A DNA stretch of 46,325 bases from Patescibacteria group bacterium (GCA_013815345.1 JACDGK010000007.1:1-46325), one strand, 5' to 3'. Counted from the first letter of the stretch, positions 8,945 to 19,352 are shown. Notes: generated by a model not told the origin, from the letters alone. Program-made: numbers and translations.

Positions 8945-10132
8945 TTATTGCTTCACTACTCTCGTGCGAATAAACGTATTATTACTAAGCTGTACATTCG
9001 GATTTTGATTGAGATTGATTCGCCCATAGGCATCGGAGACCTGAGTATTCTTGATACTACCGCTTGCATCAAAGAAAGCGATCGCATCATCTCCCGTGGC
9101 ATCGAAGTTACAGTTTTCAATGACATGTCCCGAGGAAGGTTTACCCAACTCTCCAAGCTGCGGACCACCACCTGGTGAAGAAAGCACCGGAACCTGACCG
9201 TTAATAGCCGGTCCGCGAGCGATAACATCTCCATCGAGGTGTACATTATTGAAGCTACAATGCCAGATGCCGCGACTGCGCTCTGTCCACTTGATGTCTT
9301 TGAATTCGAAATCCGATCCTCCACAGAACTGATAGGCACTCTCCATATTCTTCGATTTGAGCGAAATAAGGCTTCCGATAGGATAGGGAGCTACAAGAGT
9401 GTCTTTCTTCAAAAGTATTGTCCATTCCGACGATGACCCAACGACAGCGACCGGCTTGCACCATGCGATCTGACTTTGATTCTCATCCATGATATGGGGG
9501 TCGGTCGTACTGTCCGTCCAAACCTTCATATATCTTCCCCATCCTTCTGCAGCAGCGGTATCCTGCGGACAAGCCTGACTCAAATCGTAGTGCGGATCTA
9601 TCACCTGAATCGGAGTCGGGAATCCAACTGGGACGCTGATGGTCACCTGACCCGGTGCGACAGCGACCACATTGCCTTGCGTGGTGGTTTGGTTCGGTAC
9701 AGTAAAGTGTATGCCGCTGAACGTTGTTCGATAGGTATTAGTCCCTAGTATGCCGACCGTATCTCCGCTCTGCACGATGGTCGTGTGATCCATGCCAGCT
9801 CCGGTAATAACGAGTTGTCCGTTAGGTCCTGGCTGAACATTTGAGACATCAATTGTATCGGGGATGCTGAATGAGCCTTCTGGAATGGTTATGGTGTAGA
9901 CGGCATTCGGATGTGAGGTGAAGTAGGTGCGTGCATCAGTTATAGCTTTATTAAGTGTTGCACTGGTAACTGCTCCATAGTCTGTTTTAAGATTTTTAGT
10001 CACATTTAGATTTCCGGCAGGACTAACCCAAGAAAAAGAGTGTAGAAGGAATCCGCAACCTATAAGAAAAAATAGTACCAGTCCTATTAAAAAGCCTTGG
10101 ATACATTCGACAGTTTGGGAAAGGTCATACAA
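8945..10132 (-). CDS. Secreted or membrane-anchored pectin-lyase-fold (right-handed beta-helix) protein, possible glycan hydrolase; start uncertain
   Basis: N-terminal hydrophobic segment; NLKTDYGA, ITIPEGSF, ITGAG..TTI, IENCNF..TGDDAIA beta-helix signatures. Confidence 0.6.
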   Translation of the reverse strand: MYDLSQTVECIQGFLIGLVLFFLIGCGFLLHSFSWVSPAGNLNVTKNLKTDYGAVTSATLNKAITDARTYFTSHPNAVYTITIPEGSFSIPDTIDVSNVQPGPNGQLVITGAGMDHTTIVQSGDTVGILGTNTYRTTFSGIHFTVPNQTTTQGNVVAVAPGQVTISVPVGFPTPIQVIDPHYDLSQACPQDTAAAEGWGRYMKVWTDSTTDPHIMDENQSQIAWCKPVAVVGSSSEWTILLKKDTLVAPYPIGSLISLKSKNMESAYQFCGGSDFEFKDIKWTERSRGIWHCSFNNVHLDGDVIARGPAINGQVPVLSSPGGGPQLGELGKPSSGHVIENCNFDATGDDAIAFFDASGSIKNTQVSDAYGRINLNQNPNVQLSNNTFIRTRVVKQ

Positions 10133-10155
10133 TACCTATATCGAGGGAGACTCCC

Positions 10156-11151
10156 CTAAGAGAGTGAATGTACTTTGTATGATTCGGGTGCATCGTGCAG
10201 AAACTTTTCCAATGCTTCTCGTGTGAGAAGACCTTTTTGCGCGCCGATCTCCTGAACGACCGACATCGAATTAATAGGTCCCCACAAAAGCGCTTCGTGT
10301 ATAGGCCGTCCAAGGGCGAGTGCTGCCGTTACGCTTGAAGCAAACGCATCGCCTGCACCGGTACGCTCAAATGGTTCGCGAGTGTCGGGATACATCGGCA
10401 CAAAAAGCATCTGGGTGCCATCGTATGAATACGCTCCGTGTGTGCCGTCCGTAATAATAACGGTCGTAGGCCCGAGGGTGCGAAGTCCTGCAAGAAGCAG
10501 TTTGATGTCTTGATCGGCGGGAAGTTTTAAGATGCGTTCAGCTTCTTCTTTGTTACAAAAAAGTATTTCGCAGTGAGCATAGATTTCTTTTAATGCATCA
10601 GTGCCCATCTTCATTTGAAACGTGCCGGGTTGAAAGACAAATTTAGTTTCTGGATGTGTCGCAAGCCACGCGGCGAGTTCGTTGTGAAATGTCGCACTTT
10701 CACCTAGCGAGGAAAGATAGATATAGCGAGGGGGGATAAGATTTGTGGGAATTGAATAGGGAAACGGGTTTTGTTTAACAAGAATAGTGCGTTCATTTTC
10801 ATACCACAATACATAGTGTTGGTTCGACTCTGCTCCTTCGATCGGAGAAATAAAAGAAGTATCGACCGCATCTTTAGCAAGAGAAGTCAGACACTCGCGA
10901 CCGTTCAGATCATTACCGACCCACGCGAGGAGACCCGAGGTAAGGCCAAGACGTGCGGCACTGACCGCTGCGTTTGGACTATTTCCCACAGCATGAAGGG
11001 TCGTCGCTGAGTCAAACGGAATCTTGTCACCCCACCGCATAGTAATAGTGCAGTTTTCGTTCGCTGCGTCGCAGCGAACCTCGGCTTCTTTCAGTTTTAT
11101 AAAAATGTCAGTAGTGATGTCGCCGATAGCGAGAAAATCTAATTGTTCCAT
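10156..11151 (-). CDS. PfkB/ribokinase-family carbohydrate kinase
   Basis: GNSPNAAVSAARLG, VGND..G, CNKEEA, ITDG..GA, ERTGAGDAF. Confidence 0.92.
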   Translation of the reverse strand: MEQLDFLAIGDITTDIFIKLKEAEVRCDAANENCTITMRWGDKIPFDSATTLHAVGNSPNAAVSAARLGLTSGLLAWVGNDLNGRECLTSLAKDAVDTSFISPIEGAESNQHYVLWYENERTILVKQNPFPYSIPTNLIPPRYIYLSSLGESATFHNELAAWLATHPETKFVFQPGTFQMKMGTDALKEIYAHCEILFCNKEEAERILKLPADQDIKLLLAGLRTLGPTTVIITDGTHGAYSYDGTQMLFVPMYPDTREPFERTGAGDAFASSVTAALALGRPIHEALLWGPINSMSVVQEIGAQKGLLTREALEKFLHDAPESYKVHSLS

Positions 11152-11202
11152 ATAGAGTGAGTTTAGCATGTAGCCGAAAACCCTCGTGGTACTATTTTCT
11201 AT

Positions 11203-12204
11203 ATGGTTGATCTTTCGGAAGAGGTACAGAAGATTTTCGCGCCAGGGAAGGGACTGCTCGCGGCGGATGAAAGCGATAATTCAGCAGATACTAAGCGATT
11301 GGCACCCTATGGAATTGAGATCGGTCCCGAAATGCGACAGAAATTTCGCGACATGCTTCTCGCGGCGCCGGGTATCGAGGAATACCTGAGTGGCGTGATC
11401 CTCTATTCGGAGACCCTCGAACAATCTGCCAATGACGGCACGCCCTTTGCAGAACTTCTGAGAAAAAAGGGAATCATACCGGGTATAAAAGTAGACGAAG
11501 GGCTCGAGCCATTTCCTGATAGCGAGAAGGAAACGATCACCAAAGGCCTCATTGGTCTTCCAGAACGGTTAAACGGTTTTTATACGAAGTATCATACTAG
11601 TTTTACCAAATGGCGTGCTGCCATAACGATAGAAGGGGACCAGCTTCCCACCGCACAGGCGCTCGTCGAAAACGCAAAGCGTCTCGCGATGTATGCATTC
11701 GAAGCCCAGAATGCCGGTATGGTGCCAATCGTCGAGCCTGAAGTATTACTCGACGGAAATCACAGCCGGTTGCGCGCACGTGAGGTCATCACCAAAATGA
11801 TGCACGTCTTAGTAGGTGCACTCGAAGATCACTCGGTCGATCTTTCGGGAGTGATTATTAAAAGTTCCATGGCTCTTTCGGGAAAAGAAAGCGGCCGTAC
11901 TGACACGCCCGAGGAAGTTGCGGAAGATACGCTCGGCGCGTTGCAGGAAGCAGTGCCAAAAACTATCGGCGGCATTGTGTTTCTTTCTGGAGGGCAGATC
12001 CCTGATCAGGCAATAGATAATCTGCGTGCTATTTGTAAGGTGGCGCGGACGAAGCCCGCGCCCTGGCCGCTTACTTTTTCCTACGCACGCGCATTCCAGG
12101 AAGAAGCCCTCGCGATTTGGAAAGGCCTACCGGAAAACCTGCCGGCGGCTCGAGAAGCGATGCTCGCCCGTTTAAAAAGCGCGTCAGAGGCATTGTCAGG
12201 ATAG
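11203..12204 (+). CDS. Class I fructose-bisphosphate aldolase
   Basis: PGKGLLAADES, PGIKVDEG, FTKWRA, VPIVEPEVL, VFLSGGQ, LTFSYARA. Confidence 0.94.
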   Translation: MVDLSEEVQKIFAPGKGLLAADESDNSADTKRLAPYGIEIGPEMRQKFRDMLLAAPGIEEYLSGVILYSETLEQSANDGTPFAELLRKKGIIPGIKVDEGLEPFPDSEKETITKGLIGLPERLNGFYTKYHTSFTKWRAAITIEGDQLPTAQALVENAKRLAMYAFEAQNAGMVPIVEPEVLLDGNHSRLRAREVITKMMHVLVGALEDHSVDLSGVIIKSSMALSGKESGRTDTPEEVAEDTLGALQEAVPKTIGGIVFLSGGQIPDQAIDNLRAICKVARTKPAPWPLTFSYARAFQEEALAIWKGLPENLPAAREAMLARLKSASEALSG

Positions 12205-12301
12205 GAATTGGTCAAAGAGGTACTAAGGCGAAAATTATTGGAGACCCTTACCTACTGTGGACAATCCATTTATTTACCGGTGCGCAGAGTACTATAAAGA
12301 T

Positions 12302-12499
12302 ATGGCAAACAACGTTGAATTCAATGACCCTTCATATGCACGTCCCCTTGCGCGCCAAAACAAAGGATCGTTTCTAAGCAAGATGGTTATTAGCATGGGC
12401 CTCGCAAAGGATGAAGCGAGCGCACAAAAGGCACTTATAGGAGTACTTGTCGTGGTGCTTGTTCTCACCGCTGCCGTTTGGTGGCTCACGCTTCGTTAG
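12302..12499 (+). CDS. Small membrane protein with a single C-terminal TM helix
   Basis: ATG 12302 lies 6 nt after TACTAT; hydrophobic LIGVLVVVLVLTAAVWW. Confidence 0.65.
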   Translation: MANNVEFNDPSYARPLARQNKGSFLSKMVISMGLAKDEASAQKALIGVLVVVLVLTAAVWWLTLR

Positions 12500-12570
12500 A
12501 AAGCCCATACGTAAAGCTTACGCTTTCCCTTGCGTAACGGGAGGTTTTCGGGCATACTCGGTCATACTAT

Positions 12571-13209
12571 ATGGCTACAACACTTAGCGTAGAGACCCGT
12601 GCCGTCGGGAAGGCAGCTCGCAAACTCGCAAAAAGCGAGCGCATGCCCGCTATCGTCTACGGACCAAAACAAGAAGCGATCGCTATCTCTCTCTCATTGC
12701 GCGACTTTGTTCGCATACTTCGCGACGAAGGCGAGTCCTCCGTCATCGAACTCACCGGACTCAAGTCACCCATCCAAGCTCTCATCCATGATGTCGATCA
12801 CGATCCCGTAACAAATCTTCCTCGGCACGCTGATTTTTACGCCATTGCAAAAGGTGCAAAGGTGGAAGTGGCGGTCCCGCTCTCATTTATAGGTGAGTCA
12901 GCCGCAGTGAAGGCAGGCGCGAATCTCGTGAAGGTATTGCACGAACTCGAGGTGGAAACCGCACCAGAACATCTTCCGCACGAAATCGAAATCGATATTT
13001 CAGTACTTGAAAACATTGGCGACCAAATCCATGTCCGCGATATCAAACTGCCGCATGGCGTAGTATCACTCATCGAAGCCGATGAAGTCGTCGCACTTAT
13101 CCAAGAAATAGAGATTGAGCCAGAAGAGCCAGTCGCAACTCCTGATATGGATGCTATCGAGGTAGAACAGAAAGGAAAGGCTGAGACGGAAGAAGAAACT
13201 CCCGCGTAA
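12571..13209 (+). CDS. rplY: 50S ribosomal protein L25 (long Ctc form)
   Basis: MPAIVYG, HADFY, beta-domain VPL.F.GE, acidic tail. Confidence 0.95.
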   Translation: MATTLSVETRAVGKAARKLAKSERMPAIVYGPKQEAIAISLSLRDFVRILRDEGESSVIELTGLKSPIQALIHDVDHDPVTNLPRHADFYAIAKGAKVEVAVPLSFIGESAAVKAGANLVKVLHELEVETAPEHLPHEIEIDISVLENIGDQIHVRDIKLPHGVVSLIEADEVVALIQEIEIEPEEPVATPDMDAIEVEQKGKAETEEETPA

Positions 13210-13253
13210 ATCTCTCAAAAAGCAGCTAGTGAGGAGTGGTATACTTACCATTC

Positions 13254-14705
13254 ATGAGCAGGTTTGAACTTCCTTTTACACTTTCAGAAAAGGTTACCCA
13301 AAAAGTCGTAACGGCGGCTTTTTTTGCGCTTTTACTTCTCGGAATAACACTCAGTGTCTCTCCCCGTTTCATTTTTGCGCAAACCGATCCAAATGCCGGC
13401 GATGTAGCCAGTAAACGAGCTGCGCTGCAAGCGCAGCTCGATCAGCTGGATAGTGAGATCGCACAGACGCAAGGCACGCTTAACACTCTCGGGTCACAAG
13501 ACAAATCACTTTCAAACCAAATCAGTACGCTTAACGCCCAGATAAAAAAAGCACAGCTCCAGCTGCAAGCGACGCAAATCCAGATTCAAGCGTTAAAAAG
13601 CAACATTGTCGTTCACTCGAATACCATCACTACGCTTTCCGGCAAGCTTTCAAATGAACAACAATCACTCGCTCAGATTCTCCGGCAGACCAATGAGATC
13701 GATAACTATTCGCTCGTCGCCGTCGCTCTTTCATCACAGGATGTTTCAAGTTTCTTCGGAGACGTCGGTTCGTTTGACGCCATAAAACAAGAGCTCGGCA
13801 CTTCCTATACGCAGATCACCACGACACGTTCAGCCACGCAAAACGAAAAGAGTGCGCTTGAAGATCAGCAGACCGAAGCGCAAAAGCTAGCCCAGGAACA
13901 AGCGCTCGAAGAAAAGCAGATACAAACCGCGCAAGCAGAGAAAAAGGTCTTGCTTTCACAAACAAAAAGTCAGGAAGCAACGTATCAGAGTATTTATAAT
14001 GTGCAGAAACAAACCATTTCACAGATTCGAGCAGCGCTCTTTGCCCTTGCTGGCGGCTCAGGACAGATATCACTGCCAAACGCAATCGCACTTGCAAAGA
14101 CTGCAGGTAGCGCCGTGGGCATACGGCCGGCACTTATTCTCGGTATCTTGAAACAAGAGACCGACATCGGAAAAAATGTCGGCACCGGCAGCTATCTTGT
14201 GGATATGAATCCGACACGCGACATGCCGGTTTTCAAAGTCATTCTTGTAAATAACGGACTCGATATAAATACGGCAAAAGTTTCTGCAGCGCAGGGAAGC
14301 GGATGGGGAGGTGCTATGGGTCCCGGCCAATTCATTCCTTCCACCTGGGCGTGTTACGCGGGATATATCAATACAACGACGGGCGCGTGCGGAAAGGGAA
14401 CCGACGGCACCTATGCAGGCCCATGGCAATACAGCGCCGCAAAGGATCGTGTCGCAAAGCTCGCTGGTCATCCAAGCACGCCTTCCAATCCTTACAACAA
14501 TCTCGACGCCTTTACTGCTACCGCTCTTCTCATGGCAGATAATGGTGCAACCGCGCAGACGCCTGCCGCGGAGCGCCTCGCGGCGCTCCGCTACTACGCT
14601 GGTTGGGGAGGCGCTACCAACCCCGCCTACTCTTTCTATGGTGACGACGTGATGGCCTTTGCTGCTCAATTCCAGCAAGATATCGATACGCTAGGTGGCG
14701 GTTAA
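13254..14705 (+). CDS. Exported coiled-coil protein with C-terminal lytic murein transglycosylase (MltB/SLT-like) domain
   Basis: Signal/TM segment, long Gln-rich coiled coil, LGILKQET (putative catalytic Glu), GAMGPGQFIPSTW, NPYN..DAF. Confidence 0.8.
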   Translation: MSRFELPFTLSEKVTQKVVTAAFFALLLLGITLSVSPRFIFAQTDPNAGDVASKRAALQAQLDQLDSEIAQTQGTLNTLGSQDKSLSNQISTLNAQIKKAQLQLQATQIQIQALKSNIVVHSNTITTLSGKLSNEQQSLAQILRQTNEIDNYSLVAVALSSQDVSSFFGDVGSFDAIKQELGTSYTQITTTRSATQNEKSALEDQQTEAQKLAQEQALEEKQIQTAQAEKKVLLSQTKSQEATYQSIYNVQKQTISQIRAALFALAGGSGQISLPNAIALAKTAGSAVGIRPALILGILKQETDIGKNVGTGSYLVDMNPTRDMPVFKVILVNNGLDINTAKVSAAQGSGWGGAMGPGQFIPSTWACYAGYINTTTGACGKGTDGTYAGPWQYSAAKDRVAKLAGHPSTPSNPYNNLDAFTATALLMADNGATAQTPAAERLAALRYYAGWGGATNPAYSFYGDDVMAFAAQFQQDIDTLGGG

Positions 14706-14780
14706 TTAAAGCTCTGAAAACGTTACTTATCCCCACATGTTTGTCGGGGAAAAACTAGAAGCTGGTACCATGAAATATAT

Positions 14781-15767
14781 ATGGATTCTACAACGATGCC
14801 TCCTCAGAGTGTAAGGAATCCTTCTTCACCGACACCTCATCGAACCGCAAAGCTCTTGCTCGCAGTGCTTGTTGTTCTTGTCGCGCTTGTGGCTCTGTGG
14901 TTCCTTCTTCGTAACTTCGTTCCCTCGTCTCAAACTCTTCTTCCGAAAGGAGATCATGTTTTAGTCGTTGCTGACCATCCGCCGCTCATGCCGGTGGTCT
15001 CTGTCGATTCGAATACCGGCTCGACGACCGTTTTCAAAATAGAGGGCCAAGGAACCGCTGTTGTCGTGGACGCCGCCTTTAGCGGAACGAGCACTCCCTA
15101 CTATCTCATCGCGAACCCGACATTCACTGCTTCAAATCTATACGCAGGAAAAAGCGACACGCCGAATGCGGGATTGACTCAGCTGACGTTCTCAAAAAAT
15201 CTAAAGTACGATCTTACCTATGACCCTTCTTCAGGATTTGCGGCATATGTGGAAATGGTCGGATCAAGTACCCCAAAAGTGCCTCATGTCTTTTTCTACT
15301 CATCACTCACTCAAAAAGAAATTGATCTTGGAGAAGGTAGCAATCCTACGCTTCTCACTGATGGATTCTATCTAGTCATGCGCCAAGGAGGCAGCATTGT
15401 CTCCGTAAATACATTTACCGGAAAGGTATATCCATCCCTTTCTATTGATCCTTCTGCGCCATTTGCTGTTGATACTCAAAACAAGGTAGTGGCATTATAT
15501 AATTCTGTTGCAGACTCAATCGATTATTTTTCAATTGCCTCTACGGTGAGTGCAAGCTACAAATCCTCGGTTCCGGTCACGGCTGCGCCAGCTGCGCTGG
15601 CCTTTGCGGAAGGAAAGTTGCTTATAATAAATGGCACAGCCGCGGCCTCACAGAGCAACTCTGACTTTACTGTCCAAGCAGTTGCTACTTCTCCACGCTC
15701 GCAAGTGTTACCAATACATCTCACACAATCCGTAAGTGGTTATAAACTTTCTATTCAACATGACTAA
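14781..15767 (+). CDS. Membrane-anchored hypothetical protein, possibly a beta-propeller
   Basis: N-terminal TM segment; the remainder is rich in short beta-strand-like segments. Confidence 0.6.
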   Translation: MDSTTMPPQSVRNPSSPTPHRTAKLLLAVLVVLVALVALWFLLRNFVPSSQTLLPKGDHVLVVADHPPLMPVVSVDSNTGSTTVFKIEGQGTAVVVDAAFSGTSTPYYLIANPTFTASNLYAGKSDTPNAGLTQLTFSKNLKYDLTYDPSSGFAAYVEMVGSSTPKVPHVFFYSSLTQKEIDLGEGSNPTLLTDGFYLVMRQGGSIVSVNTFTGKVYPSLSIDPSAPFAVDTQNKVVALYNSVADSIDYFSIASTVSASYKSSVPVTAAPAALAFAEGKLLIINGTAAASQSNSDFTVQAVATSPRSQVLPIHLTQSVSGYKLSIQHD

Positions 15768-18003
15768 ACTTCGTTCCTTCTTTCTTAACTTTTCCTTTTT
15801 CACGCTTGCGTTGGCTGCTGTGTTCCTTAGTCAGTCTGCCTCGCTCGCGTACGCTTCAGGCTCTACACTTTTTCAAGCCAATCCTGACCCTATTCAACCA
15901 GGCGGCACTTCCCGGTTAACCTGGCATAGCAGTCCTGTTAATTTGCCCTGTCATCAGACTTTTGATCCAGCGGATGACGGTAGTACGGCCCTTGTTACAT
16001 GGACGACGCCTCCTCTTTCTCAAACCACTACGTACTCAGTTACCTGCGGTAATCCTCCCGATACCACTACCGTCAATGTACCCGTTGTCGTATCGTATAC
16101 GGGTGTACTGGACGCGAGCTGTTATCCAGAACCAAGTACCGTGGGGGTTAATCAATCAGTTACGTGGCTTGCTGGAACTACGTACGGTGCTCAACCTTAC
16201 ACTTATACTTGGTCGGGGACCGATGGCTTCTCGGCCATTACTGCCTCAACAAGCGGCAGCTCCCTGCAGCGCTATTCTTACCCAGCACCTGGAGTAAAAT
16301 CAGCCTCTATTCATGTTATAGACTCTGACACAACCCAAAGCGATTCATCGATTGTATATACGACATCAACTCTTTGTAATGGACCTGTCGTACCAAACAC
16401 CGATAGATACTCGGACGTTGAGGACGGAGGTACTTTTTTAAATGCTCAGACAACGATTCGTGTGCTAGAAAACCAACTATTTAATAGTCCTACCTACGCT
16501 TCCTATTATAAGTATCCGGCAGACTTTACCACTAATCCGCAAAATTATTGTGTGCAGGGTGAAATACAAGAACAATATGACATACAGGATCCAAAATGCC
16601 GACAGTTTGGCGCCGGAACATGTCCCTTCGAGCTTGAAATAACACTGCATAACAATCCGAATACTACTCGGGCTCAGTTATATCCTGGTGATGAGAGATA
16701 TGGTTTCGCTCACGATTTGTATAGCACCTCCATCTATCAACCAGGCTCTAGTCAATCGAGTCCAAAAACGATCGATAGACTTTGCTCGGCTAAAGTAACG
16801 GTAACCGCACCAGACGTACCTATTGCTTCTCTCTCCGCAAATCCTATTTCTGTCCCTGTCGGCACTCCCTCTAATCTTACGTATGAATGTACTAATTCAA
16901 CCTCAGCTTCTATTACTCCCGCAACAGGTCTCGGCACTATTTCTCCGACCGGTTCTCATACCATACCAACGCCTAATCTAAATGACGGAACCACATACAC
17001 TCTAAAATGTATAAATGGAGCTGCGTCTGACACCGCGCAAGCCGATATTGACGTAACGCAAAACCTCCCTGATCTCACCGCTTCTGCCGCCACTATTTCA
17101 CCTTCTCCAGCCATTACAGGGGTGAGAGCGACCCTTTCGGGGAGGATAACGAATAGAGATACCCCAACCAGGGCAGTTTTCAAAGATTTCTTCCAGCAGG
17201 CTACGAGTCTTGATGCTGATGGAAATGGGGTGAATGTGAGTGATCTCTATCCGAGTGTTGATAATCCAGCGATGGACGCACCCGACACGAATGACATCAG
17301 CATCGGTCATATCTTTGACACTGCAGGTACCTACTATGTGCGCGTCTGCGCTGATAAGAGCGCAAGATCGGATACCGGTCTCATCGTTGAAAGCAACGAG
17401 GACAATAACTGCAGTACTAACTGGACACGGTTAACGGTAAACGACGACTCTAGTGCTCCCGGACTCTCTTGCAGCCCCTCACGAAGTACCGCAAAAATAG
17501 GCGACTCGATCACCTGGACACCGCTTCCTACTGGCGGCTTTACTCCAACTTCATACGCATGGTCAGATAGCAACGGTACGCCACAGACGGGCAACGGCTC
17601 TACATTCCAGAACTCATATAGCACCGATGGAAACTACTCAGTGCATCTGGTGGCTTCTCCTGGAGCCGTCACGGCCGACTGTTCGGTAGTTGCTATTGGA
17701 ACTGGCGCCAGCTGCAACGGCGGCAAGCCCCCAACCATTAAGGCAAACGGTCATAGCGTCTCCACACAAGTGCAATCAGGAAGCAAAGTACACATCAATT
17801 GGGACGCTACGGATACCTCAGGCACCTGTACCGTTAAAGGCCCAGGTCTTCCTGATACGAGTCTCTCGTGTAGCACCGTCCCGCCAACCGGCGCATCGAG
17901 CCCGGACCCTACTATCCTCACGCAAAGTACCTACACCATCACCTGTGGCAGTGGCAGTGCCTCAGTGACCGTGAACGTGGTGCCGAAGTTCCAGGAGTTT
18001 TAG
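15760..18003 (+). CDS. Secreted Cys/Thr-rich protein with PKD/Ig-like repeats and a CARDB-like domain
   Basis: Signal peptide; YTYTWSGTDG and SYAWSD PKD-like motifs; LPDLTA...YYVRVCAD...IVESNEDNNC CARDB signature. Confidence 0.75.
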   Translation: MTKLRSFFLNFSFFTLALAAVFLSQSASLAYASGSTLFQANPDPIQPGGTSRLTWHSSPVNLPCHQTFDPADDGSTALVTWTTPPLSQTTTYSVTCGNPPDTTTVNVPVVVSYTGVLDASCYPEPSTVGVNQSVTWLAGTTYGAQPYTYTWSGTDGFSAITASTSGSSLQRYSYPAPGVKSASIHVIDSDTTQSDSSIVYTTSTLCNGPVVPNTDRYSDVEDGGTFLNAQTTIRVLENQLFNSPTYASYYKYPADFTTNPQNYCVQGEIQEQYDIQDPKCRQFGAGTCPFELEITLHNNPNTTRAQLYPGDERYGFAHDLYSTSIYQPGSSQSSPKTIDRLCSAKVTVTAPDVPIASLSANPISVPVGTPSNLTYECTNSTSASITPATGLGTISPTGSHTIPTPNLNDGTTYTLKCINGAASDTAQADIDVTQNLPDLTASAATISPSPAITGVRATLSGRITNRDTPTRAVFKDFFQQATSLDADGNGVNVSDLYPSVDNPAMDAPDTNDISIGHIFDTAGTYYVRVCADKSARSDTGLIVESNEDNNCSTNWTRLTVNDDSSAPGLSCSPSRSTAKIGDSITWTPLPTGGFTPTSYAWSDSNGTPQTGNGSTFQNSYSTDGNYSVHLVASPGAVTADCSVVAIGTGASCNGGKPPTIKANGHSVSTQVQSGSKVHINWDATDTSGTCTVKGPGLPDTSLSCSTVPPTGASSPDPTILTQSTYTITCGSGSASVTVNVVPKFQEF

Positions 18004-18014
18004 TTTCAGATTCC

Positions 18015-18060
18015 AAAAGCAGAAGCGAGAGGGAAGCGTTTGCCCTCTCGCTCTGCTTTT
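18015..18060. terminator. Hairpin terminator overlapping the rpmE2 promoter
   Basis: AAAAGCAGA(A)GCGAGAGGG / CCCTCTCGCTCTGCTTTT; TTGCCC(18040)-17 bp-TATAGT(18063). Confidence 0.6.
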
Positions 18061-18076
18061 GGTATAGTCACTTCTA

Positions 18077-18331
18077 ATGAAAAAAGATACGCACCCAAAG
18101 GACTACCGACTGGTAATCTTCGAAGATATGTCTTCGGGGACGCAGTTTTTGATAGGCTCAACCATTCACTCGACGGAAACGGGAGTGTTCAAAGAGGATA
18201 AGAAAGAATATCCGAAAGTAACGGTTGAAATCTCAAGCAAATCGCATCCGTTCTATACCGGAGAAGACCGTACGCTCGACAAGACGGGACGTGTGGAGAA
18301 GTTTAAGCAGCGCGCTGCGAAGAAGGCATAA
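18077..18331 (+). CDS. rpmE2: 50S ribosomal protein L31 type B (Zn-free)
   Basis: MKKDTHP..YR.VIFED, EISSKSHPFYTG, GRVEKF; no Cys. Confidence 0.95.
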   Translation: MKKDTHPKDYRLVIFEDMSSGTQFLIGSTIHSTETGVFKEDKKEYPKVTVEISSKSHPFYTGEDRTLDKTGRVEKFKQRAAKKA

Positions 18332-18383
18332 ACAGAACAAGACGCAAAATGAATTAAAACTTAATTTCTGTTAGTATTGTAAA

Positions 18384-19337
18384 ATGGAGTATTCGCCGGA
18401 ATTTAAGAAAAATCATGCGACCGCATATCTAGCGGAGGAGTATGAGCGTTTGGCTATCGAGGCCCAGTCTTCAACCCATGCGGCCGGAAATGACCTGGAA
18501 CTCCTTACAATGGCTGCGGAGGATACCGCTCGCATAGAGACCCGCCAGAAAGAGATTTTGGAGGATATTGAACGTATTTTATCGCGAGAGAAAGAAGAAG
18601 CGGCAGCGCCCAAAGCTATCGTGCTGGAATTTCGAGCTGGAGCCGGCGGTGATGAGGCAACGCTTTTTGCGCAAGAACTCAAAGAAATGTACCAACGATA
18701 TGCTGACGCAAATGGTTGGCGTGTGCGAGTTATCGATGAGCTTACGCTTGAGATCGAGGGCGCAACGGCATACGAAGCGCTCCGCTATGAGACAGGAGTG
18801 CACCGCGTGCAGCGGGTACCGGTCACTGAAAAGACTGGACGTATCCATACCTCGACCGCATCAGTTGCGGCGCTCCCGATACGAGTGAAGCCAGTGATCG
18901 AGATAAATCCTGCGGACATCGAGATGGAGTTTACCCGCTCCGGAGGAGCGGGTGGTCAAAACGTAAATAAGGTGGAGACAGCCGTACGTCTCGTGCACAA
19001 ACCGACCGGAGTCGACGTGCGTTCCTCGAGCGAACGCAGCCAGCTCGCAAACCGTCAAAAAGCTATGGAAATTCTTTCTGCAAAACTCGAAGCGTTTGCG
19101 GTCGAAGAAGAGGCTCGCAAACACGCCGCGGATAGAAAAGGGCAGATCGGCACAGGAGATCGCTCTGAAAAGATTCGTACGTATAACTTCCTCCAAGACC
19201 GTGTTACCGACCACCGACTCAAAGAATCCTGGCATAACCTTCCAAAGATCATGCTCGGCGGCATTGAGCCTATTGTGGAGGCGCTTAGTGCCGCCGCCAA
19301 AGGCGGCGGCATTGGTGCAGCGGAAGACGACTCGTAA
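18384..19337 (+). CDS. prfA: Peptide chain release factor 1 (short N-terminus)
   Basis: [21 protein letters not shown] (PxT motif), [21 protein letters not shown]. Confidence 0.95.
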   Translation: MEYSPEFKKNHATAYLAEEYERLAIEAQSSTHAAGNDLELLTMAAEDTARIETRQKEILEDIERILSREKEEAAAPKAIVLEFRAGAGGDEATLFAQELKEMYQRYADANGWRVRVIDELTLEIEGATAYEALRYETGVHRVQRVPVTEKTGRIHTSTASVAALPIRVKPVIEINPADIEMEFTRSGGAGGQNVNKVETAVRLVHKPTGVDVRSSSERSQLANRQKAMEILSAKLEAFAVEEEARKHAADRKGQIGTGDRSEKIRTYNFLQDRVTDHRLKESWHNLPKIMLGGIEPIVEALSAAAKGGGIGAAEDDS

Positions 19338-19352
19338 GAGAAAACAGTTTTT

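Noticed and set aside
17878-17892. VPPTG as a sortase motif in the PKD/CARDB protein
   Set aside because: No hydrophobic helix or basic tail follows it.
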